Virus record (IMG/VR): IMGVR_UViG_3300002026_000071 | Location: 1-56,298 of that record | Length of the DNA: 56,298 nucleotides | DNA from: a virus | Lineage: Duplodnaviria; Caudoviricetes | Direction: 5' to 3' (one strand) | Part shown: in pieces, positions 48,101 to 56,074 of the stretch | Position numbering within the stretch: position 1 is the stretch's first letter | How the letters are laid out: each line of letters opens with the position of its first letter | The notes under the pieces: model-generated | The model's database searches: none | The model's input: the letters and a program-made list of their open reading frames with translations, nothing else | What the model was told of the DNA's origin: nothing | Translations under genes and position numbers: made by a program

Positions 48101-49428
48101 TTGTTGTTCTTAACGAATTCTTCATACTGGTCATTAATTGTACCAAATGCACCACTTGCATGCCCAGCTTGTCCTACTCCTGCAGAGATCAGTCCATCAG
48201 CCGTGCCAAGTAGTTTCGCTTTCTCTACAAGTCCTTGCGCTTTCGTCATCTTACCAGCAGCTACTGCCGCATCTACTGCTTCACCAGCCACCACGCCTTT
48301 TGCACCTAGTCCCAGTAGTCTTAGTACTTTCGTTGGTGCTAGCCATGCAGCGAGTGTACCGAATGAATCACCCATCGTATTACCGCTAGTCATAGCATCG
48401 CCAGTGATTTCAACTACGTCTTTTGCTTTTTCCCAGAAAGTTCTACTAGGATCTACTATTCGCTTACCTAAGTCTTGCATACGTTGCTGTTCAGCTACAT
48501 TTCTCTCTACTCCAAAGAACTTATCTACTGCTTTAGCCTTCTCTTCAGCCGTACCGAAGTCACCCAGCCCAGTGAACTCTGCTACTGCATCTAGTGGATC
48601 AACTATCGCTGTCTTCACACCACTCGCCATAAACGACTTAGCAAAGTCACCAGCAAATCCTACCGTACCTTCCAGCACACCTGTTGGAGTAGGCAGTCTT
48701 CGTCCAGCAAATGCATTCATTGTCGGATCTAGTGCATGTGCATCAGTTAGATTTTCTTTAGTATACGGATTGATTACGTCTGTAAGTGGTCTATTGTACG
48801 GATCTAGTTTAGGATTCTTCTTAACTAGTGCAGTTACTCCTGCACCTTCGAATGCTTTTGTTGAGTCAATTGCTTCTGCATCCGGATTGAATGGTGCTAT
48901 CCATCGTTCACCGTCTTCAGGTTTACGCACTAGGTCTGCCATAGCCTGCACTTGCTGCATTGTACCTACTGCTTGTACATCTTTCTGTGTCACATCATTA
49001 ATGTGCTTACCGGTCAGCTCAGCTGCTTGTAGTCGTTGCATGTCCATCGCGTAGTCAGACTTTTCGTCTTTCGTACTGCCAGGCATCCATGTAGGTAACT
49101 TCTCAGATACCCAACTAGGTAGTACACTAGTCTTATGCTGTACTTCTGCCGCATCGTATCTACCTAGTGTAGAGCTCTCACGCATCTCTTGTCCACCAAC
49201 CATCAATGGCGAGTCAGCGTCCACTAGTCCTTCAATTCCTACTTCTTCGTAGCCTGATAAATCAGGTCCACCGCCGAGTAGATTTAGTTTAGCCTGCTTA
49301 GTTGTAGCTAGTGAGTCAACTTTTGATGATAGTATATCAGTTACTGTAGTGTCTATTGAGGTGGGTTCAGCAGATGCTAGTCCTAGTCCAAGTTCTGCCT
49401 TAGCTAAGTTTAGTGCGGAGTTATTCAT
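42118..49428 (-). CDS. Virion-encapsidated single-subunit RNA polymerase (N4 gp50-like)
   Basis: 2436 aa; T7-type motifs KNGRY (DxxGR-like), motif A EFDALTSG, motif B RNLFKYPFMIFNY, motif C IHDA. Confidence 0.88.
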   Translation of the reverse strand: MNNSALNLAKAELGLGLASAEPTSIDTTVTDILSSKVDSLATTKQAKLNLLGGGPDLSGYEEVGIEGLVDADSPLMVGGQEMRESSTLGRYDAAEVQHKTSVLPSWVSEKLPTWMPGSTKDEKSDYAMDMQRLQAAELTGKHINDVTQKDVQAVGTMQQVQAMADLVRKPEDGERWIAPFNPDAEAIDSTKAFEGAGVTALVKKNPKLDPYNRPLTDVINPYTKENLTDAHALDPTMNAFAGRRLPTPTGVLEGTVGFAGDFAKSFMASGVKTAIVDPLDAVAEFTGLGDFGTAEEKAKAVDKFFGVERNVAEQQRMQDLGKRIVDPSRTFWEKAKDVVEITGDAMTSGNTMGDSFGTLAAWLAPTKVLRLLGLGAKGVVAGEAVDAAVAAGKMTKAQGLVEKAKLLGTADGLISAGVGQAGHASGAFGTINDQYEEFVKNNNGVELEGADKVQWGVKAFVTQMFNQNLDAITDISILKSPQLLKGLKDAVKAVPEKEYMKFLGAVGTTLGSTALKEMPKEAAQEYTQRMMELANERYGSAQFKDSEGFVKFVTDTRNMQEAVVDAVAGAGGAVQFKAASVIGGALDKGAGKSLQVIQKEMERRKEVAIPTDEGELTEVERKVVGTTLSSIKTQLETGVYDTAELTKAIRDVEPLVNRLDSKNPKHVQAMTDFEGFKAKLAETVEGMDLTKPIVFRNKDGEIDSDAAEDMLGYVISGKVNPTLEPKLVAIAKANGISDERYSRIRDAASVEYDATEGQRGYLTYARQISSILASDNPDDKALASVVNKARKFRDSQLVAIRAFENAIGAANKVVAMANGTDTTKGSGVVTDRKFKVDLPRSSWNIIIEGKAKGEYKVSARDLALLEVKRNNAKALNATLALVNDKVKRSGKTYDFVESGLFEIPEFAGTADSKIAKNRKMDINSFKKHGVTKVVLPSQATSTGKHKTKWAEYAVNPQNSKRINSGTYSSDDVVYVDLQGTQSTDMEAIKSQVEAAVKAGATIVMAQRYTKEGIKDVKQHDAIATDYELRKIFAIGKKYIRTIDSASGKSTNVFKPRSEELKASNAKAAAEAKVKREAEAVTKAADDKMVLDIAKGMVANESEEALITRVKVGHSGYVEANYKDRAATDSRAASNKWELAVSRGRNAINNQIKAAVKELKKEKLATLYADGEAISTLIKEKLTELGITSADIRTLAMQEIDDAYRKSIAKDDLLKTWKTALEDKNVSDTDLETILNADKSGADFAIVGLLKNNIGKGKKAVTQSVNDKGELRTSKEEGDRMRALDVNEVVEVQVDYRDTSPVAIFDVGYLGEDMNRLADEAVEKLTKLLIIPYTIGKDGTTNMDKMYKLANNPARALFIQEVDGKEVINRNAALAAALVMRDIALNDGYMLSGMPKSKEDLAKMLGTDEFNISNEARAELSTVGMPIKAYSDMAGKSFTSVMGLRRNKNTDVDAHAFEALRAGIGGIVALLHMQEKGVNLTRIDTKRYNKLRGEKDPTAVGDVLFIVDKSSKTSFAESVTYELGQEFKGIKGTLPNISTRRVEPRVVPLKEAELNKRATTIRKDKSMMDVAPKAGQVIRTLSSMSWRADLTAMRGIIENRAAVQKSLGYNDNEEELAKMTYNARDLQIVTNREITKSLDEIEMFVAQYGDDETEATVYYGWSYVKNGRYMLESNTINPQTDKLHRFLVQPQGHALRFTSSGDVISVETKDGTQKDVTHMVNLALAQAMAKKTDKNGRNTIDKWGREILETFVKDGKVDTVALAKAKQDVYTGKLTLNMTDKEGNVTAQEIEVDHMSHALQALDFIEKLANGGSFTSSLTIEFDALTSGFGNKVAQMGWLLDDAYKEHMLKVGIVLEEWVTAANDSAFIAKDGDYKSKEYVDYITETVKSRHPLYGMTAGTINALALYAKDISENGDYSIGNLLSKPGFLDSYQTLASEMENASKVTYGKLLGALNKDIEHKKTSAGALPNTETLQKLWVAIQNDDNLPKVKDGVIDSAMRNLFKYPFMIFNYAASIKTLRRNMNEELITTIIEGLVKSEGKDSNGKDTALFTALKTVFGNDLLKQLRETQLDKIVSGKMSLHETLFSMFEGSYGHEFEGVMTKKFAPFMKVQDLTNSAFEIMFAAYNSEYTARIAEMRKGNKAITFKQYAELVKDLRKKFPAIKGPLSEEELDSLEDNIAIYDEASVGMSGDLQGQYHNVVEINETALDGKIKQRSLNVQHKIKTFAAAIKAGSVVPYHFIDGAHLASVVDKFLKDEYGEDFDTSMIHDALLVALSTGDARALAYNEGMLDLHSSYSLLKAILKSLESSTENVDVTFEKGKDKISYADYRRATVDGLKANIDKVEAGVKKFYESAAEHGVIVGHTVVPNEGTFRGEYRSKTSNKPAKETKSKASKAPTKSKEDIISEINTAIGKAPVGLRTLLSAALVEAANTCKGK

Positions 49429-49455
49429 TGTTCACCTTATAATGTAGTTACGCCT

Positions 49456-49477
49456 ATTATAGCGTAACATACATTAA
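49456..49477 (-). promoter_or_regulatory. Putative promoter TTAAT-N8-CG-c-TATAAT upstream of vRNAP
   Basis: Intergenic; same spacing as the other copies; followed by AAGGTG RBS. Confidence 0.55.
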
Positions 49478-49485
49478 TTTAGGCT

Positions 49486-52149
49486 TTATTTCCGTAGTTG
49501 TAACAGTCTTTCAAGTTCTACTATGCGAGTCCCAATTTGTGCTGCTGCCTCTGGTGTTGTAGGGGCCATATCTCTTAGTTTAACTAGTTCTTCCGCTGCT
49601 TCTTGAGCTTCTTTCCTACCTAATGATAGCAATGGTTGGTTACCTAAGTTTATTGTAGGACCGGAAGACTCTATTTTAGTATCAGGAAGAATACGACGTA
49701 CCTTTTCGGCTACTTTAGTCTCTGGAAGTAGTTTACCTATCTTATTACCTACCCATTGTACCGGTGCCATTACAGTTTTACCTAGTACCTGCCCTACTTT
49801 ACCTAACGGTACTGCCGACGCTGCGTTACCTGCTATACTCCATTTAGCGTCACTAATCTGTTTATCGTGTAGTACCTCTTTGTACTTAGGATCTGCTGTC
49901 ATCAGGCTAAACTGATAATTCTGTGCGAGTTCTTTAGCAGGTCCATTATCAGTAGTATTAATAAATGTCTCAAGCTTTTCAGGAGTATCTAGTCCTAGAC
50001 TCTTAAACTCGTTACTTGCTCGTAACAACGTACGATCAGTAACTGTACTTCTTGTGCTACCTTTAAACGTTAGCGCATTTGCTATTGAAGGCAGCAGGTC
50101 ACTTCTAGGGTCTTTATCGAATAAAGCTTCTAGGTTAGTTTCTAGTACTCTTAAATCTTTTTTGTTATTAGGATCTAGCTTAGGCGGTGTTACATCAACA
50201 ACTGTACCTTTAAACTGTGTTGGTGCTGTTACTCCTATCGGTGTAGGCGGCAGTACGCCTTTTACTGGAGGCACGTCTGCTGTTGTCACTTCAGGTGTTT
50301 TACTACCAGCCGGCTTTAGTAGCTTATCTAGTACAGCGTCATACTTTACTGCTGCCTCTCCACGAATTTTACCTTCATGGTAACCATACGCAGGCACTTC
50401 ATAGTGATCACTAATCAATCGTGCACGTTCAGCTGGCGATGTTACTCCACTTAGCATCTTACCTAAGTCCCTATAACCGCCTTCAGTCATATCGTGCAAC
50501 GCATATCTGTACTGCCATTCATTAGGTACATCAGCTAGTTTATCGTACTTCTTGCCTGTACCTTGCTGTCTATTGATCCAGTCAAGTGCCCCTACTTGTC
50601 GTTCATTTCTCCACTGCAGTAATCCAGCTGATGTCTTACCATCACCTAGTAATTGCCCATCTCCACTTGATTCAGCCGCTGTGGCTATTGCAATGTCTTT
50701 AGCTAGTGGGTGATTACGCACATCTGCAGGCATTTGATTTACGATGTCTGTCAGTTGTTTTTCACTGACATCAATCTTAGTTCTCCACTTATCCGGTACT
50801 TTATCATAGTAACCTCTAGGCGGTTTTACACCGTACTTCTGAGTAAACTGCAGTTCTTCTGGTGATTGTTGTAGCGCTACTGCACGTTGCTGATTTTCCT
50901 GCTGTGCTTTCAATACTTCAGGCTTTTCTACCATACCCTTACCCTGCAAGTCTTTCAATAGGCTATACTGAGTACGCTCTTGTGGAGACATCTCTATTAA
51001 TTTTTTCTCTTCCTCAAGCCTAGCTTTACTTTTGTCCATCAATGAGCTTAGTTTACTTACTTGATCACGTATGTCGGCGTCTGCTACAGTACCAGTTGTG
51101 CCTAGCAAATTACCTATTTGTGCACGCTGTGCAGCTCTATTCTTTATTGATCGATCAATAGTTTCGCCGATTGCCGTATCTGTAAGGCCACTTACTGACA
51201 CAGTATCAGGCATTATCGAGTTGTGAGTCTTCTTTACACCAAGTAGCGATGCTTCTGCTGCAACTAGTGGATCTGCGCCTTTAGCTACTGTTTGGTTGTA
51301 GTTCTCAAGTACAGCGCTCTTAGCTGCAGCTAGTTTATCACCACTAATATCAGCATACTTCTTATCAGAAAACTCTTTATTGATTACTTCCATGGCCTTT
51401 GCTGCAGCTGTTGCATCGTTCTCACTTAGCTTAAGCAACTGTTTTGTAGCTGCTAGTTCTGTACTATCTACAATACCATCACCGTTAGCATCTTTACTAC
51501 CGCTTCTACTTGATGTACCTCGCATAGTCTTAATAGCATCTAGTCCAAACTGCAAGTGCTCTTTCTCCGCAGCTCGCATAGCTTGCTCATTCTTTTCTAG
51601 CGCTGCTGCTTTAGCTACTGTCTCTGCATCTCGTGCAGTGTTCATCATTACTGCCATTTCTAACGGTACTTTACCGCCCATTGTACTTCCGACTCGCTGT
51701 AAGTACTCCGCTTGTGTCTCTAGGTACTTAGGATTACTCGCCATTGTTTGAGAGAATCGACCTAGATCACCCTGTAGTTTTTCTTTTTCTGCTACTTGTG
51801 CAGGAGTATCTGTCGGTAGTACCGCCATTTTCTCTATGTCAGCTGCAGGTATGATGTCCGTTAGGCTAGCCGCATTACTCAGCTCCTTCGGCTTCATAAG
51901 GCCTAGCGCCATTGCGTCTTTAGCAGTTCTATCATCTACCCTCATCTGATGCTCGGCCTTCTGCATGCCTAGTAGCTCATTTTTGTAAGCTTCATCAGCA
52001 GCTGCTTTCTCTCTAGCTAAGAAGCTGTTAGTCAAGTCACCTGCTATATCTGCAGCACTAGCCACACTTCTAGTAGCATTAGCCATCATCTGGTTACTAC
52101 CACTATAGTTAGGTGCCACCGGATTCCATTGTAGTAATTTACCAGCCAT
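49486..52149 (-). CDS. Internal virion/ejection protein with phage tail lysozyme-like domain (N4 gp51 position)
   Basis: AESSG...GD...SAGLLQW...R...Q..Y...YE.P muramidase pattern; N-terminal LQWNPV.PN. Confidence 0.78.
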   Translation of the reverse strand: MAGKLLQWNPVAPNYSGSNQMMANATRSVASAADIAGDLTNSFLAREKAAADEAYKNELLGMQKAEHQMRVDDRTAKDAMALGLMKPKELSNAASLTDIIPAADIEKMAVLPTDTPAQVAEKEKLQGDLGRFSQTMASNPKYLETQAEYLQRVGSTMGGKVPLEMAVMMNTARDAETVAKAAALEKNEQAMRAAEKEHLQFGLDAIKTMRGTSSRSGSKDANGDGIVDSTELAATKQLLKLSENDATAAAKAMEVINKEFSDKKYADISGDKLAAAKSAVLENYNQTVAKGADPLVAAEASLLGVKKTHNSIMPDTVSVSGLTDTAIGETIDRSIKNRAAQRAQIGNLLGTTGTVADADIRDQVSKLSSLMDKSKARLEEEKKLIEMSPQERTQYSLLKDLQGKGMVEKPEVLKAQQENQQRAVALQQSPEELQFTQKYGVKPPRGYYDKVPDKWRTKIDVSEKQLTDIVNQMPADVRNHPLAKDIAIATAAESSGDGQLLGDGKTSAGLLQWRNERQVGALDWINRQQGTGKKYDKLADVPNEWQYRYALHDMTEGGYRDLGKMLSGVTSPAERARLISDHYEVPAYGYHEGKIRGEAAVKYDAVLDKLLKPAGSKTPEVTTADVPPVKGVLPPTPIGVTAPTQFKGTVVDVTPPKLDPNNKKDLRVLETNLEALFDKDPRSDLLPSIANALTFKGSTRSTVTDRTLLRASNEFKSLGLDTPEKLETFINTTDNGPAKELAQNYQFSLMTADPKYKEVLHDKQISDAKWSIAGNAASAVPLGKVGQVLGKTVMAPVQWVGNKIGKLLPETKVAEKVRRILPDTKIESSGPTINLGNQPLLSLGRKEAQEAAEELVKLRDMAPTTPEAAAQIGTRIVELERLLQLRK

Positions 52150-52158
52150 TACGTATCC

Positions 52159-52695
52159 TTAGTTGAATGTACGACTGACGTTACCGGCAGTAGTAGCAGC
52201 TCTTGCCGCGTTTTTCTGATCATCAGTCATTGTACCACCCGCCAGTGCTAGTCCTACGTTAGTTGAGTTAGCTCTACCTTCGTTAATCAAGTCCGCCTGA
52301 TTAGCTAGGTTAGTTCTTGCAGCTGCTTGCTCTGCTGCAAACTGGTCTTTGGCTAATCCTAACTGCTGCATTCCTGTGTACGCATTAAGTAGTGAAGACC
52401 CTGCTTTTAGTACATCAGCCCCTGTACTCAAGTATCCACCACTACCAAACCAGCCAGTTTCGGCTTTAGGAGTATCACCTACTGTCATACGAATTTTATC
52501 CCATGCTGCCAGCGGTGTAGTAACATCTGTTCCTACGTAGTCCTCTGCAGCCACATTACCACCTTGTAAAGAATCTTGTATCAAATCTGGAATTTTTGTT
52601 GTACCTTTTAAACTAATATTAGGAACTTCAGCTTTAGCCGTGTATTGATTACCGTATGTACGGTATCTAAGAGCTTGTGCTAGACCTTCACCCAT
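52159..52695 (-). CDS. Small internal virion protein (N4 gp52 position)
   Basis: Gly/Ala-rich, AY.G.QQL.LAK.QF pattern; synteny. Confidence 0.65.
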   Translation of the reverse strand: MGEGLAQALRYRTYGNQYTAKAEVPNISLKGTTKIPDLIQDSLQGGNVAAEDYVGTDVTTPLAAWDKIRMTVGDTPKAETGWFGSGGYLSTGADVLKAGSSLLNAYTGMQQLGLAKDQFAAEQAAARTNLANQADLINEGRANSTNVGLALAGGTMTDDQKNAARAATTAGNVSRTFN

Positions 52696-52719
52696 ATCAT
52701 CACCTCGTTAATTTTTTCT

Positions 52720-52741
52720 ATTCTACCATAACTTAACTTAA
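52720..52741 (-). promoter_or_regulatory. Putative promoter TTAAG-N8-TG-g-TAGAAT
   Basis: Intergenic, upstream of the GAGGTG RBS of 52695. Confidence 0.6.
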
Positions 52742-55047
52742 ATTATCCCTAACCTAAGTTGGTTACTTACATAGTTAGTTGTCAGCTTATTATAATCATA
52801 CAGAGCATTGTAGTTATACTGCATATCCCTCGCTCTATACATCATCAAGTCTACACCTTCTAAGTACGCTGGCTTCACTTGCATTCGCGCTAGTTGAGCT
52901 ACTTCAAATGTGCTTATGTCATCAAGCATACTCTGCTTGACCTCATCTATTTCAGCTTGCTTTGTCTCAACTTTCTGTGCCCATACCTGCCATTCACCCT
53001 GCAACTTACTCATATCTGCCGCCGCAGCTGCACTTATTGCTGTGCCTACTCCACCTACCGCAGTAGCCCACTGACTTACGCTCCATGTCATATCCATAGC
53101 ACTTAAGAAAGAGTTACCTTCGGCCCCTACACCACCACCAGCCCACACAGATATAGCCACAAACGCCACAGCTGCTAATGCTCTCAGAAACGGGCTGTCC
53201 GTAGCTTCCATTATCATCTTGAGCAGCATTGTTGCCCCTAGCATTACTGCTGTCGTCATTAGTGCTGTACTTAAGCTGAATGACGCAGGGTTCCATGTAA
53301 AGATAAACACTATTATCCCTATTACCTGTAGCAACTTTCCGAATGCTTCAGTCTCGTACCACTCTAAGTGCTGTACACTCGCTGCGTATATTGATATAAT
53401 CAGTGTCTTATTGAATAACTCTTGCTGCTCTAATGGGCTTAACTTACCTATAAAGAAGTTAGAGATAGGTATAAAGAAGCTATCCATACCTAGGTCTATT
53501 GCTTTAATCCCAAATAACCCTTCCCTATCTACAAATGTTATTGTGCTCATATTACCAAGCACAATTTCCACATAATACTCTGGCTCTTCTTGCTTCTGGA
53601 GTATCAACGTAGTGCCGCTTATACTATGTTTGTACGAGCCTAAACTGCCTATTATTCCAGCTTTTACCTCTCTAGTTTGCGTCTTCCATCCAAGTGCGGC
53701 ATTGAATGGTCCTTCTCTGTACGTAGCCACGTAGCCTTGATTCCCTGTACCTATCCCTAAATCGCTAAAGGAGTAGTCAAACATCATAAATAACGTCTTA
53801 GAGACTACTTTACTTGTATCTTTTGGATTTAGTCCGAAGTGTACAAACGCATCTTCCACATTAGCTATCTGATCGTTCTCCATCAATGAATCAGTCAGTA
53901 CATCTATATCCATATTAATAAACTCAAGCATCTGTTTAGCTTGTAAGTACTCTTCACTGGTTTTATTACTATTTACGTTTACTGCACTATTACGTATTGT
54001 TACAATAGGCAGCATCTCTAGCCCAGTAACATAGTAGTTTGTACTATCAAGTATAGTCCATACACCACTGCCTTCTAAATACACCCACCAGTACCATTGT
54101 CCAGGATCACCATTCTCATACTTTACCACGTAGTATCTTTTAGGTAGGAATGCCACTACTTGCAATACCGCATTTGCGTATACTACATCTAGCTCAGTGC
54201 CGCTGCTCTCAGTACTTGACACACTACCTACTACACTATCTTTAGGTACTACTACGTTCGTGTTACTGATTTCTGTAGTAGTATCACTAATTAGCCCACT
54301 CTTAGTGCCTGTCACAACTGCATGCCTACTGACTACAGTATTCACATTATCGGTAGTTGCGTCAATATTAGTTACAGTTATTGTAGTAGTATCAGTAGTT
54401 ACTGTAGTTCTATTCTCATAACTACTTATGTACACATCATATCTATCATACGTATAATTATAGTCTATATTAACTACTTTATAAGTATCACTATTATACG
54501 TTAGTGTATTCAGTGATGGTGTATAGCCATGGCTATTATGAAGTACATAGCCAATATACTCATATTTATCAGGAGAACTTATCTTAGATGTAAGTACTGT
54601 ACTACTGATTCCGTACTGTGTATCAATGCACTGCTTAATCTTAGTGTTATCAAGTACCATTGCCTTCAAGTTACACTCTGGTAGCCCATGTACGTAGTGG
54701 TCTTTACCATAATGGTACATTGTGTTATACCTAGCCCTAGCTAACGATGCGTACGCAAGTACTCTTTCCATTATACCTAACGAAGGATCTTTCTGCCTCT
54801 CTAGGCATACCTTAACTATTGTATCAGCTAATCGTTCGTCTTCCTCGATTATTCTTTTTACTGTTACTTCTGTACTAATTATGTCTTCAGCTTTTATACC
54901 AAACAATCCAACTACGAACTCAAGTATCGGCTCTAGTATCACTTCCCATATAGTTTCCACTATCTCAGTAATTATGTCAATAACTGCTTCTACTGCTCCT
55001 AATACTGCATCTACCATATCTTCAACAAAGTCAACAACAGCGCTCAT
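52738..55047 (-). CDS. Virion structural protein with C-terminal hydrophobic helices (N4 gp53 position)
   Basis: 769 aa; WY.T..F..LL.VI followed by TM-like segments and a coiled coil; synteny. Confidence 0.7.
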   Translation of the reverse strand: MSAVVDFVEDMVDAVLGAVEAVIDIITEIVETIWEVILEPILEFVVGLFGIKAEDIISTEVTVKRIIEEDERLADTIVKVCLERQKDPSLGIMERVLAYASLARARYNTMYHYGKDHYVHGLPECNLKAMVLDNTKIKQCIDTQYGISSTVLTSKISSPDKYEYIGYVLHNSHGYTPSLNTLTYNSDTYKVVNIDYNYTYDRYDVYISSYENRTTVTTDTTTITVTNIDATTDNVNTVVSRHAVVTGTKSGLISDTTTEISNTNVVVPKDSVVGSVSSTESSGTELDVVYANAVLQVVAFLPKRYYVVKYENGDPGQWYWWVYLEGSGVWTILDSTNYYVTGLEMLPIVTIRNSAVNVNSNKTSEEYLQAKQMLEFINMDIDVLTDSLMENDQIANVEDAFVHFGLNPKDTSKVVSKTLFMMFDYSFSDLGIGTGNQGYVATYREGPFNAALGWKTQTREVKAGIIGSLGSYKHSISGTTLILQKQEEPEYYVEIVLGNMSTITFVDREGLFGIKAIDLGMDSFFIPISNFFIGKLSPLEQQELFNKTLIISIYAASVQHLEWYETEAFGKLLQVIGIIVFIFTWNPASFSLSTALMTTAVMLGATMLLKMIMEATDSPFLRALAAVAFVAISVWAGGGVGAEGNSFLSAMDMTWSVSQWATAVGGVGTAISAAAAADMSKLQGEWQVWAQKVETKQAEIDEVKQSMLDDISTFEVAQLARMQVKPAYLEGVDLMMYRARDMQYNYNALYDYNKLTTNYVSNQLRLGII

Positions 55048-55529
55048 TGATGTATCTCCAGCATCTCATAAATTCTTCGTATCTTATCAGATGCGTCTTC
55101 AAGCTTAACTGTTAAGTAGCCACCATTATTGTGCCATAGTCGTATACTTACTCCATCAACTATTGATCTCAAATATAGAAGCTGATTACTGTGAGGTAAG
55201 AACAGTACTTTCCTTGCTTTGACATGTTCAAACATTTCTTTCATAAGCATACAGGCAGCGTATACATTACCAGCCATATACATACTAACGCCATAGTGTG
55301 TATTCTTCTCTTTACGCAGGTACAAGAAGCCAAGGCATATGCCAGCGTTCATTACTTTGTACGCACTATTTTGATCTACAGCTACTTGCATGTACCCTTT
55401 ATACTGTTCGGTAGACATGTCACTTACTATACTCTCAACTACTTTGTAGTGTTCCTCAATATCACCACTACTGCACTCAGTAACTTCATACTGCTCACAC
55501 TTTGCGTAATATATAGCCACCATTAGCAA
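55044..55529 (-). CDS. Hypothetical protein, possibly GNAT-like fold
   Basis: AYKV....CLGFLYL beta pattern; overlaps both neighbours. Confidence 0.5.
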   Translation of the reverse strand: MLMVAIYYAKCEQYEVTECSSGDIEEHYKVVESIVSDMSTEQYKGYMQVAVDQNSAYKVMNAGICLGFLYLRKEKNTHYGVSMYMAGNVYAACMLMKEMFEHVKARKVLFLPHSNQLLYLRSIVDGVSIRLWHNNGGYLTVKLEDASDKIRRIYEMLEIHQ

Positions 55530-56071
55530 ACCTCTTCTAAAAGGTAGTCAGCTAAGAACTTATTCGCCGCTATTTCGGTATGATGTACTTGCTGAATACG
55601 CATGCTGTATGTTCTTAAATGTGCACTAATCTTATTAATACCATCTAAGCATCTATTTGGACGTAAGGCACTAGACAAGGCCTTACTAAGAGCTTGTAAG
55701 TCTCTTTTTATAAACACGTAATCTACAACATTTAACAACTCAACCGAAGGATTCGCAAATAACACAGTTTTTTGTAAGCTAAGCGCATCAAATATACTAG
55801 CTATATGCGCTTGTTTGTACAGCTCTCGCCATCCTGGAGCATTTGTAACCCTTCTGGATGTATATAGCTGCACAGCATTACGTATATCACATGTAGTACG
55901 TAGTGTATAGCCACAAGGGCTGTACTCACTAAATAACTTACTAAGATGCTTTAATAGGAGCGTATCCCCATCTATGATACAATCATCGCACAATTGACAA
56001 CAATATGTCTTTCCTGTACCAACATTGCTTAGAATAAGTTTTCCACTATACTCTTGCTTAAGGCTATACAT
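55523..56071 (-). CDS. P-loop NTPase/kinase-like protein
   Basis: LILSNVGTGKT followed by IIDGD. Confidence 0.6.
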   Translation of the reverse strand: MYSLKQEYSGKLILSNVGTGKTYCCQLCDDCIIDGDTLLLKHLSKLFSEYSPCGYTLRTTCDIRNAVQLYTSRRVTNAPGWRELYKQAHIASIFDALSLQKTVLFANPSVELLNVVDYVFIKRDLQALSKALSSALRPNRCLDGINKISAHLRTYSMRIQQVHHTEIAANKFLADYLLEEVC

Positions 56072-56074
56072 TAA

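Noticed and set aside
36450-55526. Many + strand ORFs (up to 374 aa) opposite the virion genes
   Set aside because: Ser/Leu/Thr-rich antisense shadows of long - strand genes, with no RBS or motifs
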